DNA from: Felis catus
Lineage: Eukaryota
Direction: 5' to 3'
Length of the DNA stretch: 64,000 nt
Assembly (NCBI RefSeq): GCF_018350175.1
Contig: NC_058368.1
Location: 184,824,001 to 184,888,000, forward strand
Shown here: positions 1 through 12,994 of the stretch, piece after piece
How the letters are laid out: each line of letters opens with the position of its first letter
How positions within the stretch are numbered: position 1 is the stretch's first letter
The notes under the pieces: model-generated
Told to the model about the DNA's origin: nothing
The model's database searches: none
The model's input: only the letters and a program-made list of their open reading frames with translations
Program-made: the position numbers and the translations under genes

Positions 1-1514
1 ACTTCATTCTTCATCTCTTTCCAGTGTTGGAGTTCAACATATTTGTTTCAAAGGCTTCCCATCTGGCCTTCATCTCTTCATCCCTCCTGTACATCCATTT
101 CTGTTGGCGAGGCTGGTGGCTCATAGCCTTGGCCGTAACACATTCGTGAGGGTTACTGCAGATGGAAGATAGGTTCACGGCTTCATTTTCTCTCATTCTA
201 GTTCCAGTGTGCAAAGATTCCTTTCTCGCTTAACACATATATAGGGTGGGCTAGAAGCTGTGGGAGGCCACATCAAATAAGTGAGGTGACCCATCACCTC
301 AAGTATTCTGCATTATTTTGAAAAACAAAACAAAACAAGACTTTTGCTTGGAAAACAGGGGACAGTGTGTGATGGTAATCAATGAAGGCTAAAATCACCT
401 GCCAACTGGTATGACACATATGCTTTCAGGAAGGAGGGGAGGAAAAGAAGTACCTCTACTTGGCCTAGTCTTTGCATTCATTGCTCATCCTACCAACTTA
501 TTCAGATGCCAACCTGCTACAACAAATTTAACTTTGAAAAAGAATAACTTCCCAACTCTCCTCCCCTGATTTACAACACTGGCGACCTTTGTTCTCCTTT
601 TATATCCCGTTAGAACTCTCTTTTGAACATTACCGTTGTATTTGATACAGAATCCATTTAGAGTATATCTCAGCTTCTTCTAAAATATTTACAAGCCTGA
701 GTTTGCCTGAAATTCCTACTTTTCACGTAAAAAAAAGATGTGAAAATTAAACCTTCCAAGTTAGGTCAGCAAATTAAAATTTTTTAACATGAAATTTTAT
801 CAATATGCTTTTCTTATTCTAATGCTCCCCAAATGGAAAAGCTAAAATCTGAAAGAAGCTATTTTTTGAAGTGATGAACTATAGTGATGCTTCTGGGGAT
901 TTAGGATTAGGAAAACTTTTAATTTCTCATTTAACTCAATTTATACCTTTGGCCTGTCACCTTTAGCAGATATTAATGGGGGAGGGGAAAGAAGATGAAA
1001 CTTAAATCAGCATGTACTAATTGCTAGAATGTGTCTTTTAAGATAAAGAAGCTTTGTAGGGAACGAGATGTAAAGTGCTGAGTAATTTTCCAGAAATTTT
1101 AGAATATTTTACATTTTCTGATTGCAGACTACAAAATATAATAAAGCAGAAAGAAAAAGGAAAGGAAAGACTAATATGAAGAAGGGGAGGAAAGAAAAGG
1201 AAGGACACAATTATTGAACACAATTGAGTGTGCCAGACACTCAATTAGGTCTTCCCTATAGCTTATTTTATGTATTCCTCATAATGACACTCACACACAG
1301 GGTTGGTATGATCTTTGTTGTACAAATGAAGCATGTGGGGATTAGGGAGGTTAAGTAACTTGGTCAAGACCACACAGCTAATAAGTAGAGCTAGGATTTG
1401 ACCCTAGATCTAACTCCAACTCTTGCTTGTACTACACCATACTGCCTCTGCAGACAACCCCTTCAGGGGGTCTTTCCAGAGTATTCACACCCAACACATT
1501 GTATAGACTGTCTT

Positions 1515-1549
1515 TTTTTTTAATTATTATGTTTATATTTATTTTTGAC

Positions 1550-1582
<33 letters not shown>

Positions 1583-1754
1583 CAAAGCATGAGCAGCGGA
1601 GGGGCGGAGAGAAAGGGAGTCACAGAATCCAAAGCAGGCTCTGCGCTCCGAGCTATCAGCACAGAGCCCGACGCAGGGCTCAAACTCACAGACCTCGGGA
1701 TCATGACCTGAGCCGATGTCAGACGCTCAACCCACTGAGCCACCCAAGCGCCCC
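1515..1754 (-). mobile_element. Can-SINE
   Basis: Reverse complement of GGGGCGCTTGGGTGGCTCAG head, (GA)n tract, poly(T); TSD ATAGACTGTCTT/ATAGACAGTCTT. Confidence 0.95.
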
Positions 1755-3311
1755 ATAGACAGTCTTCTAAAGGGGAATTTGTAGGCTCAGCTAACCATGG
1801 TTGTAGGCAACAGAAGGGAATGTGTTTGATTTTTTTTCCCTTCCCTCTCATTACTTCTGCGGTCTCCGTCTTGCTGCACATCTACAAGGCAAAAGTCTAA
1901 CCCGCTGAAACATCAAGCCAAGTGAAAGCTTAACCCATCAAGGTGGATAGAGATCAGGAGGAAAAGCACGGGATCACCAATCAATCTCCAATTCTGCACA
2001 AACCTATCCTGACCCAATAACCATGTGACACAGAATGCCCAACAGAAGCCTGACCACAACAACCGAATGGTCATAATTCCACAGTGCAAACATACATGCT
2101 CAGTTTATCTAATTAAGAGGAAAGGTTGACAAAGGTACTAGCAAGAGAAAAAATGTGCTCAGAGGACTTTGTATTCATCAGTGTGCAGTTGGCACTGGGG
2201 TGACCCTGCTGTATTGAAATGGGACTGGCTGGGTGGCAGGGCAGGCGGTGGGTGGGGGGGCTGCTGAAGAGAGAGAGAATGCGGGGGATGAAAATGAGAC
2301 AGACAACTCAGAATTTTTTCCTTTTGAATTTCAACCTGTTGGATAAAAACAATAGCAAATGAGGCACTGAATATGCATGAGGCAGGGAAGGTATTTTAAG
2401 TTTTTCAGGAGACAGCTCGCTGAACGGAATTGCTAATTATGTCTCACATTGCTCTGTCCAATTCAGTTAGCTTGATTATGGCTGAATTGTCAACTCCCCT
2501 GCACTTGAGGTTCCACAGTGGCAGCCCATTCTGAAGCTTAATACGAAATTAGAAGTATCTTTTTCCCCAAAAAAAAATGTTTTCCCTCACTGAAGAGCTA
2601 CCTTTACCCATTGTGACAACATAACCTTTCTCAACAAAAATAAAATTAAAACCACCGAGGGTTCGGATTCAAGGGTTTTTGGAGTTGGTGGAACATTGGG
2701 AATGCGATCGCAGCTGTGACAATTGCAAATTAAGATTGAACAATGAGCCAAATTAAAAGGGTGAGAAAGAGCAGAACACCATATGGAGTATCTCGTTGCT
2801 ACCCCCACAGGATATCTTTGATTTCTTAGGATAAGGAGGATTTGCCAACTGAGGAATGGACTAAATAGAGTTCTGGAATGTCGCCTTTATTTTTTTTTCC
2901 CCTAACCTACAGTGGCTGCATAAGTCAAAGGAGTTAAATTTCCCATTTCCTTTACTTAGTTTCTTCACCTTTAAAACGGGACAAACCTCACTTGATAATG
3001 GTGCTAGTTGAAAAAAGTGATGATGAGTGAAACAGGGGGTGTCCGAGCTGGATAGTTAGATTGCTATCTAGAAAATTAGGACCTTGGGAAAATTCATCCT
3101 AAAGATAGAAAGAATGGGACACGATAGGCTTCAGCAAGTAAAATCCCATTGGTTTAATTCAGTAGTGTGCCCTAGTCAAATCCATTCATTCCCAGCCAAG
3201 CCCATGCTGGATTCATGTCTAAAATAGAAGAACAACAACAGAGGATGAAGGGAACAAAATGCGGATATGACAGTCCTGCTTGGAGCCCCTTTAAAATAGT
3301 AGCCCAGAGAA

Positions 3312-3520
3312 GGGCTGCCTGGGTGGTTCAGTTGGTTGAGCGTCTGACTCTTGATTTCAGCTCAGATCATGATCTCACTGTGGGATCGAGCCCCACATTG
3401 GGCTCTGTGCTGATGATGTGGGGCCTGCTTGGGATTCTCTCTCTCTTTCCCTCTCTCTCTGCCCCTCCCCTGCTCATTCTCTAAATAAATAAACTTTAAA
3501 AATTAAATAAAATAAAATAA
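3312..3520 (+). mobile_element. Can-SINE
   Basis: tRNA-like head, CT tract, AATAAA and A-rich tail. Confidence 0.9.
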
Positions 3521-3829
3521 TAGTCCAGAGGGAGAAGGAGCAGTGTTGCCACCTTGCCCAGGAGAGCCACACTGCTTTAGGGGTATGAGGGTCCAGTGCA
3601 TGGATGAAGGTACATAGTAAGACATGGCTGCAATGACAACCCTGCCATGCTGGAATACACATGGAAGGACAAGCAAAATTTGAAGTAGCTGGCAGAGCAG
3701 GACAGCTTCAGTGGAAGGGTCTTTTTTGACAACATTTATGACTACAGGAAATGGTCCAGGGAAGGGGGTGAAATATTTCTTTATGGAGGTTGAGATTTAT
3801 GGTACGTAGTTGGGAAAGCTGTTAATGCA

Positions 3830-4084
3830 GTGAAGAAGCCCAGGCTATCCCGCTGCGGAGCCACTCAAAGGAGAGCCACCGAGCCAATTGCTAGGCATGT
3901 CGGAGAGGTTGTGCAAGCTACCCAGTTGACCACAAACACATACTGAGTCCAGCCGACACCACAGGAAACAGAGATGAGCCAGACCAGCTGAGCCCTATCT
4001 AAATGGCAAAAGTATAAGTAAATAAATTGGTGTTGTTGAAGCCATTATGTCTTGCATACCACATGGTATGAGAAAACTGATACA
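3830..4084 (+). mobile_element. MaLR (MLT1-like) LTR fragment
   Basis: GTGAAGAAGCCCAGGCTA...CAGCTGAGCCC...AATAAATTGGTGTTG...AACTGATACA resembles the MLT1 3' half. Confidence 0.55.
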
Positions 4085-6447
4085 ATCTGTACACCACACA
4101 TTTCCCTCTGGTATCCTCCATTTTCAAGACAGAAACTTTTTTTTTTTTTAATTTCTTCCCCTGTGTCATTTGCTCATGAGAGCAATCTTAGTTCCCAAGT
4201 AATGTCTGCTGCTGACCTTAATCAGAGGCATTAGAGAAGTAACAATCATCCTACTTGCTAAAATTAAAGTTTTAGCTACAGTACATCATTCTGCAGGAGC
4301 AGAAAAAAATCTTCCAATAGCAAGAGCTTTGATGGCCACATCTGTCTGCCCTGAATAGTATCAGAACAGGGTGAGGTATATGCGCTGCGGTCTCAGTAAC
4401 ACAGTAACTCCGCAACGGGTTGTGAGTTCAGGAAATCACTGCAGTACTAAAGGCTTGGGTATTTGCCCTCCAGAGTCACTTTCATAGCTGCTTCCTTGGT
4501 CCTCCAAACATCGCCATTAGGAAAAGAGAAGATAAAAACCCCATCTCTAAATAAAGCATCCAAGCTCCAGAGAGAAGGGAAGGTGAGTCAGCTGCAAAAA
4601 AGGCATGGCAAACAAAAATCACAATATTATTGATCGGCACTATTTTCCAGTGTGGCAGATATCTCCATTATTCACCTGCTTCGAGAACATAACCAGAAGA
4701 TTTCCTCAGGAACACGCAGGATTACTTTATACTAAACCTGAGTGGAGAAGTTACCAGGGGGGAAAAGTGCTATTTTTTAAAAGTGTTTGAAATGTTCCTT
4801 TTTTCTGTTTCTCATCTCCTGTCCTCCTTCCTCCCCAAGTGTCGTTCGGTGGGGCAAAGACTGTTTCTGAAGCAGAATTTCCTTTCTGATTAAATCTTAT
4901 TCTGTTCTCATGCAGCTCCGTTGCTCAGCTCTGATAAGCCTCAGGTCAGTTCTATCTGAGCTTACAATCCAATATGAACTTTCAGTGATCACGGAAATAC
5001 AGATATTTCTTATTTTCAGTGATATCAGATTAAGCTGTTATTCCTAAGCAGCCAAGGTGGAGGAATTAAAATCACATCATGAAATGCAGAAATTATTTAT
5101 TCACTCGAACTCTATCTCATCGATGTTCTAGATACAAGTACATCAAAATGTTGTTTATAATCAAGGAAAATTACCCCCAAAATACATTGTGGTGCACGTG
5201 ATTTTTTATGTGCTCCTGATGTCTGTCTTTAAGAAAAGATTGGTTTTATTTCAAAAGATTTGCCTGCTTGCTGTGAAGATCTACGCCAGTTGGAAGCCTC
5301 AACTTTAAGTTGATGGTTCTTAAGAAGAGTGTTTCCATGGCTCTAAGTCAAAAGATTCAACCTTTTTTTTTTTTTTTTTTAGTCTCAACAATGCAACACA
5401 TACAAGGAAGCTAAACTAAATTCCATCTTTCTCATTAGGTATTATTATTGGGCATTATCTGTATGTAACCAGAGTCATGCTAAAGGAAAAAGTCAAAACT
5501 GAGATAAATCCAAGTCTGAGGAGACAAAAGGGCAAAAATGTAGGGGCAATAGACTAACCAGTTGGAAGGAAAAAACAAAAAACAAAACCAGAGGAGCCAG
5601 AGTCTTATGTCACTGTAATCGTGGTTAAGCCTAACTATTTGACTCTTGAAGAGAGGTTGGGAATGGCAGTAGAGACTCAAGGCTAGCATACTCCTACAGC
5701 TGCCACTGAAAATAAGCATTTATTATGAGGAAACCACTCATCAGAAAAGACAGGCTTCTTTCCCCTGCTCTAAGCCCCAGTGCCCTTCTGGGTCCTGGTT
5801 CCTGTAAGGAGTCATGATGGCTTCCTTTCCTTTCTCTTCTTATCACCTGATCTCCTACAACTCTTTCCTAGATGTTTACACTAAACCTAGTCAAAGGCTG
5901 TTTAACTGCAACAATTCAGAAGGTGACTGATATCTGCAAGATGCCTAGAAACAAATAACATTCCACTGAATCATAATACTAGTAAAAGCTAACTTTTTTC
6001 TTTTTTCTTGAGCACTTGCTATGTACCAATGGTACAAAAAGTTCGATCACTGAATTCTTACGACAGTCCTATGAGGAAACTCATAGACATTGGTTATATT
6101 TGTGTGTTAATACACCCTCTCCTCTGGGGAACTGCTTCTCCCATTCTCTAATCATGTGATAGTGGGAGGACTGACACTCCTAGAACCCCACATGACCACA
6201 GTCATAAAAGGACAGGGGAACCAAGTCTAAACAACCAAAGCACCCCATTCACCAGACCACATGGTTAATTCAGGGTGAGAATATGACCAAAGTAGAACCA
6301 ATGAAGACATTTTACCCAGATTTTTTTTTAATGTGTGAATTGTTAAAATATCAAGTTGGAGAACTTGATACATTTACTTGACGTAAATTAGGGACTATAA
6401 CACCTTTTTCTCTGCTGTGTAGATAAATCTTGTTTGGGAAAAATAAA

Positions 6448-6515
6448 AGGTTGAGGTTAAAAGAAAAAGCAAATCAAAAGAGGTTGAGGCTAAAAGAAAA
6501 AGCAAATCAAAAGAG
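6448..6515. repeat. 33-bp tandem duplication
   Basis: AGGTTGAGG(T/C)TAAAAGAAAAAGCAAATCAAAAG x2. Confidence 0.9.
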
Positions 6516-6560
6516 AGTGACAAGATCATACCTTAACTAACCACTCCTGGAAAGTACAGC

Positions 6561-6690
6561 TAGATAGATACAGAGACAGAGACAGAAACACATGAGATAT
6601 AGATATAGATGATAGAGATAGAGATAGAGATGATGATAGAGATAGAGATATTGATAGAGATAGAGATAGAGACAGAGATAGAGATTGATA
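6561..6690. repeat. (GATAGA)n imperfect microsatellite
   Basis: Directly visible. Confidence 0.9.
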
Positions 6691-7054
6691 AGCTACTGCA
6701 TTCCCTTTATTACTTCAACAACCATAGTTTGGATTACTGACATAACCAGAGCCTTGACTTACCAAGACAAGTGCTATTTTTATCCTCTTTTCAAAGATGG
6801 GAAAACTGAAACATAAGAGAGATTACATAACTTGCCCAAGGTCACAATAATACAAACCACAGAACCTGGATTCAAACCAAACTCAGCAGGACTCCAGTCA
6901 GGGCTCTTCATTACTTCAGAGTATAATCTTTAAGGAAAGCCATCATGCCAGACAGCTTCAGAATGCAGGGAGGAACAAACTTGCTCTTAAAGAAATAGTT
7001 TTGCAGGAAACATAGATTGGGACATAAAGAGGAACAATATAAAACACATTGAGC

Positions 7055-7306
7055 GGGGCGCCTGGGTGGCGCAGTCGGTTAAGCGTCCGACTTCAGCTAG
7101 GTCGCGATCTCGCGGTCCGTGAGTTCGAGCCCCGCGTCGGGCTCTGGGCTGATGGCTCAGAGCCTGGAGCCTGTTTCCGATTCTGTGTCTCCCCCTCTCC
7201 CTGCCCCTCCCCCGTTCATGCCCTGTCTCTCTCTGTCCCAAAAATAAATAAACGTTGAAAAAAAATTTAAAAAAAATTTTGGACAGATCTTTAAAAAAAT
7301 AAAAAA
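7055..7306 (+). mobile_element. Young felid Can-SINE (SINEC_Fc-like) with bipartite tail
   Basis: CpG-intact head GGGGCGCCTGGGTGGCGCAGTCGGTTAAGCGTCCG; perfect 16-bp TSD ATAAAACACATTGAGC (7039-7054, 7307-7322). Confidence 0.97.
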
Positions 7307-9008
7307 ATAAAACACATTGAGCTATTATTATGTACAGCACTCTTCAGTAATAATACTGCCCATTTGTAGTACCTGATTTGAACTTCCCAACAACTCTGTG
7401 AAGTGGATGGCACAGAGATTTTTGTTATACATTTTACAGATTAAAAAAAAAAAATGTCTAAGAAAAAGTTCTCCCCAGGTGATCTAACTATGTGATGAGC
7501 AATGAGATACAGCCAGGATCGGACACTGTGTCTTCTCATTGCAAGTACAGGGCCTTTCTCTACCACACTATTTACTTCCCTGGCTTACTTTAACCAGAAG
7601 TGTTGTTGTGGAGCTCAGAAAAAAGTAGTTGGTATTTAGAGAGCAAGGTTAGAATCTCCCTCTCAACACTGAACTACTTGGGAAATCTCTGATCAAAATC
7701 TCTAACCAAAACTTTTAACAATGGGAAATTATTTTTTCATCCAAAGTAATTCTTAGATTCTTAACTCTTATTTGAGTACTCAATTAAGACAGATAAGTGG
7801 TCCTCACCAATACTTTCTTCCAATTCTTTCATACTTTTAAAAATTTGATCTGAATCCATCTGGAGCATACTTTCATGTAAGATGTTAGATGAGACAAACT
7901 TTTTCCCTTCCATATAATTGATCAATTCACCACCTTCATTTATAGATTAATCCAGTCTTCTCCCTCTGTATACTCATATATATACCCTTAGTTTGTTTGT
8001 TTTTCCCCCAGCTATTATTTCTATAATCTTAATGTGGGAAAAGCTTTATAAAGATAAAAACAAACAAACAAACAAAACAAGGGAAAAAAGATGGAGAGTT
8101 TTGCATCTGTGCAAATAAATACACATACATCAATTGATAGATTTAAAAAAGAAAAGGTTTAAGTCAAAAGACAGACTGTGATACATGGCCAAGAATCTTA
8201 ATTCACAGGATTGTCATAAATACAGAAAGATAGATATCCAAGTAGGAAAAAAAAAGACAAAGATTAGGAATAGTCAATTTGCAGGAAAAAAAAATTACCA
8301 ATTAGAATTAAGTATGACAATATGGGGAAATAGGCATTCTTTTCTACTACTAAAGACTGTAATAATTGACATGTTTCTGGAAGTATCTATCTAAGGCACT
8401 AAAGTGCCCCATACTCTCTAGTCTAGTAATTCTACTTCTAGGAATCTTTCTAAAGAAATAACTAAGGTTGTGGGCAAGGCTGTTTCATACAGTGATGCCC
8501 ATTATCGTGTTTATATTAGCCAATAAGCAGCCTCAAAGTTAAATGATAGCTGGACAAGCATAGAATATATGAAAACTTACCATTCTTTCATCCAAACCAA
8601 AGTTCTTGAAGCACCTACTTTGTGTCAGGCACTGTGCTGGGCCCTGAGAATACCCAACCTGTACCCTTACGAGGCTTAAAGTCTAGTGGGAGAGACAAAA
8701 CAATAAAAAAAGCACACAGGAATAAAAAACTACAACTATGATCAGTGCCCAGGAGGAGACCACTAAGCAAAGGAAACATCCAGTGGGGGATAAAAAAGTC
8801 AGCAGATCAAAAATGGTTCCCAAAGGCAAGGAGATTCAGAGTAGAGTTCTGAAGAAGAAAGGCGTTCTTTGGGTAAAAGAAGGACAGTTCAGGCAAAGAA
8901 AACAGCACACACAAAGTTATCCTTCACATGAAGAAAGTATATGGATGTAAAAAAAAAAAAAAAAGAATATCTATGAAAGAATATGCATTTTATCCTTTTT
9001 TTTAATCT

Positions 9009-9020
9009 ACACACACACAA

Positions 9021-9058
<38 letters not shown>
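9009..9058. repeat. (CA)n microsatellite
   Basis: Directly visible. Confidence 0.95.
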
Positions 9059-9065
<7 letters not shown>

Positions 9066-10144
9066 AAGGACTATCAAATTATTAATAGTAGTTATCTCTG
9101 GTTGGGTGATGTTGGTCCCTATCAACACTGCCTCCTTTTGTCCCCATTTTCTCTTTCATTTCTTTGTGTATTAATTTTGTAAATACAAAAAAAAAAAAGT
9201 ATGAAATAGGACAGAAAGCTGTATGGTTGCTTCCAATACTACGCTATTTCCATGTGTACAGTGTTGTGTTATCCAAGCCAATCCTATCTCCAGCCAGGTC
9301 TTAAGTTGCCCTTTTAAGTAGAGAAAAAGTTAAGAGAAGGTATAAACTCCAGAGTAAGCTGTGTTTCCTTACTTGCATATCTTTAGTTACAAATGACTAT
9401 TTACCTGTCAGTTGGGTTGAGAACACCCATAGGTTTTCCTTTGAAGTGAACCTCTTGGATTTAAAGAGATTTTTTTTAAGCTGTTGAAGGTTTGCTTGAT
9501 CTAAAGTCTCAGAGACGTTTGAAGTTGTGACTTAATGGAAGATTATTTTTATTCATAGTGATCAAGCAGTTAATGAGATAAAGTAGTGAGGAGACAAGCT
9601 TAATAGAATATGTGGTTGCACCGCATGTTAATCTTTATAAAGGCAGAATGAAAATAACAGGAAACCAGGAAGAAACTGGGACAGATGGCTGAACAGCTCA
9701 AAGATAGGAAAAACAACTCTTCCCTGCACAGAGCTTTCAAAAGCAAAACCTGACTCATGTTGAGTTCAATAGATAAAAAGGTGATGGAGAATAGGAAGAT
9801 GGGAAGCCAGGACTAAAATTTTTCTGGTGGCTGTTCTCTTGAGACCTTCCTCTAACCCTTTCTCAATCCCTTCCCCAACCCTTCACCAAAGGCCAAAATG
9901 CACCTGGAGCAGCTACAAGTTTTCAATATGGGAGGAACATAAACAGTTAATAAAGTCACCATCTGCCTCAATCGTCCATTATGCACCATTTTAACCCCCA
10001 TAAGTTATAACAAGATGAGGGGCATTTTCAGCCTGAGCAGACTCAGCAGCAATAAAGGGAGGCCACTAGGGAAGCAGATGGCAAAAGAGGGGAAGAGAAT
10101 GGCACTTCCATTTACTCTCCATGTTGTTTCAGTATCATTATTTT

Positions 10145-10285
10145 TATTTATTTAGCTATTTTTTTTAAAGTAGGCTCCACATCTAGCATGGAGCCCAACA
10201 CGGGACTTGAACTTATGACCCTGAGATCAAGACCTGCGCTGAAATCAAGAATCAGATCCTTAACGGACTGAGCCACCCAGGCACA
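10145..10285 (-). mobile_element. Short Can-SINE
   Basis: Reverse-complement SINE head with T tail and no CT tract. Confidence 0.85.
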
Positions 10286-10454
10286 CTCATTGAGTATCAT
10301 TGTTTGTTGTTGTTGTTGTTGTTCTTTGGTTGTTTTTTGGGCCAAAGGAAAAAAATTCTGGCTACCTAATTATCCACTTAAGTCAGAAAACTGATAAAGC
10401 CTGATTAACCCCAGAGCAGAAAAGAAAATTCCTCATTAAAAGGTATTCCTTTTA

Positions 10455-10649
10455 GGGGCATCTAGGTTGTTTAGTCGGTTAAGTGTCTGACTTGATTTCA
10501 GCTCAGGTCCTGATTTCATGGCTTCGTGGGATTGGGCTCCATGCTAACAGCTGGGAGCATGCCTGCCTGGGATCCCTCTCTCTCTACCCCTCCCCTATGC
10601 TCTCTGTCTCTGTCTCTCAAAATAAATAAATATTTGAAAAAAAAAAAAC
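10455..10649 (+). mobile_element. Can-SINE
   Basis: Head, CT tract, A tail; degenerate TSD TAAAAGGTA..TTTTA. Confidence 0.9.
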
Positions 10650-10939
10650 TAAAAGGTACTCTTTTTAACCCACTAACATGGAGGTAGAGCCAAATATGAA
10701 TACCTTTTAGTATTTAAAGTGGCTAGTGGAATCCATTTTGGAAAACTGGCAAAGCTACATTTCCCAGTGGGTCTTCTGAAGGCCATCTGCATCTTAACCC
10801 TTTTAGGATGCTTTCTTAAAGTGCAGATTCTCAGGCCCACCCCAACTATTGATTCGTTTGCACCCAGGTATCTGCACTTTTCAAACATTTTATACATACT
10901 TACATTCTGTACCTTATATCCAATGTCTAAAGTCCTTGA

Positions 10940-11560
10940 GAGTCTATATTTCTGCTAGGTCTTATTACAAATGGATTTGGGAACTGGAGTTAATGTTAGA
11001 CGGGGCTTTATTTCTAGAATCCACAGACCCTTGGGCAGAGGGCACATAACTACAAGGAAACATCCTTTGGCTTCTGCCCTTGGTGCTTCAGTTCCACAAT
11101 CTCAGGAGCTTAGAGTTAATTTCACAGCTGGGGTCTTTGTAAACCACTAGGAGGGTTAGGCTCCTTGTCCCTTCCCTTGGTCAATGGTAGATTTGTCTTT
11201 TGGTCTGACTTTTTAATGAGGAAAAATGCCCTTTGTGAGAAGTGGATATACAGGAGGTCGCGGGTCTGATTCTACACCTTGGGTGAGCCACAGACATTGT
11301 CTTCTGTCTGCTTCTAGCCTAAAACATTCTACTATATATTATTGTCCCTCAAGGCAGCTGTGTCTTTAGCACCCAATTACCTCTCTGAGTCACTTCTTCC
11401 TCTTCCAGTTTCTGGCCCTAGAAATTTTCATTTCTTGATCACAAGCTCAGTTATGCATTTATAATGACGTTGGATATACTTTATCCAACATTTCTAGGAG
11501 TTGTGTAGCGGGAGGGTTTTTCGGGCTCTGTTGCCTTATGTATTGCTGGAAATAGAAGTT
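10940..11560 (-). mobile_element. Old L1 5' region (L1ME-like)
   Basis: Ends in TATTGCTGGAAATAGAAGT, resembling ancient L1 5' ends; from recall only. Confidence 0.4.
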
Positions 11561-12084
11561 CTGGAAACTGCATTCTTAGCAAGCACCACAAATGACTCTT
11601 ATCTACACACTAAAATTTGAGGATATTGTAATCTCAGCAAGTAATGAGACTTTATAGTTGTATAACAGCAGTTTATAAAATGTTTTCATATTTATTTATT
11701 TATTTCATTTCATCCTTGCAACAACCTTGCAAAATAAGCGGGACTGGTATTTTTATTCTCAGCTTCCTGATGATAAAGCCTAATCAGGCTAAGTTTCTTG
11801 CCCAAAGATATAAAAGTAGTTAAAGAGCAAAAATGAGGACTAGACCCCAGATATTCTACTTGACCTATTACATCATGCTACATTGTTGCCAAGGTGATAA
11901 TTTAAAGAGATCATTATCTATCACATGATGCAAACAATATCTTTCCACATCAATTAGAAGGCAGAAGGGTCAAATATTCTTTGGAGTCTCTCAGTCTGTG
12001 TTTTCCTTCTCTGTGTATGTCAAACACTGCAGATCTACTCTATGGTTAACAGACGCCAATTAAAAACATATGGCACCTGGAATA

Positions 12085-12546
12085 GGGGCGCCTGGGTGGC
12101 TCAGTCAGTTGAGCATCCAACTCTTGATTTTGGCTCAGGTGATGATCCCAGGGTCATGGACTCAAACCCCATGTCAGGCTCCACACTAAATCTGAAGCTT
12201 GCTTAAGATTCTCTCTCTCTCTTCCTCTGCCCCTCTTTCCTGCTCACACTCTCTCTCCCTCTCTCCCTCTAAACTAAAAATAAAAACTTGGGGTGCCTGG
12301 GTGGCTCAGTTGGTTGGGTGTCCCACTTCAGCTCAGGTCATGATCTCACAGCTGGTGGGTTTGTGTCCCGCGTCAGGCTCTGTGCTGACAGCTCAGAGCC
12401 TGGAGCCGGGTTTGGATTCTGTGTCCCCCTCTCTCTCTGCTCCTCCCCTGCTCACACTTTGTGTGTGTCTCTCTCTCAAAAATAAATGAACATTAAAAAA
12501 TAAAATAATAAAAATAAAAACTTAAAATAAAAATGTAATTTCTTTT
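12085..12546 (+). mobile_element. Two tandem/nested Can-SINEs (heads at 12085 and 12290)
   Basis: Two heads, CT tracts and A tails; outer TSD AAAACATATGG(C/T)ACCTG. Confidence 0.92.
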
Positions 12547-12654
12547 AAAAAACATATGGTACCTGAAACTAATATAACATTGTATGTCAATTATATGCCA
12601 AGAATAAATTTTAAAAATAAATTAAAAACAAATATAAAATGTATGGCAATAACT

Positions 12655-12858
12655 TTTTTTAATGTGTACTTACTTTTGAGAGAGAGAGCAGGCACAAGCA
12701 AGTGAGGGAGAGAGGGGCAGAGAGACAGGGGGCAGAGGATCTGAAGCAGGCTCTGCACTGACAACAGAGAGCCCAACGCGGGGCTGGAATTCACAAACCG
12801 TGAGATCATAACCTGAGCTAAAGCTGGATGCTTAACTGACTGAGCCACCCAGGCACCC
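12655..12858 (-). mobile_element. Can-SINE
   Basis: Reverse-complement head/body; TSD GCAAT(A/T)ACTTTTT. Confidence 0.92.
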
Positions 12859-12927
12859 TTAGCAATTACTTTTTAAATGATCTCTATAGTAGATTTACAT
12901 TACTTATTAAGAGCACCCATTAATTTT

Positions 12928-12994
12928 TTTTTCAATATATGAAATTTATTGTCAAATTGGTTTCCATACAACACCTAGTGCTCATCCCAAAAGG
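12928..12994 (-). mobile_element. Extremely 5'-truncated young cat-type L1 (3' terminus only)
   Basis: CAATATATGAAATTTATTGTCAAATTGGTTTCCATACAACAC matches the recalled cat L1 3' end; perfect 18-bp TSD AGAGCACCCATTAATTTT. Confidence 0.85.

Noticed and set aside
11..214. 67-aa minus ORF at the window start
   Set aside because: No recognisable protein or clear splice boundaries; likely chance or an ancient repeat
1432..1881. 149-aa ORF and similar GAWVAQ.../LSLSLS ORFs throughout
   Set aside because: Read-through translations of Can-SINEs
7055..7135. tRNA-like A/B boxes
   Set aside because: SINE heads, not tRNA genes
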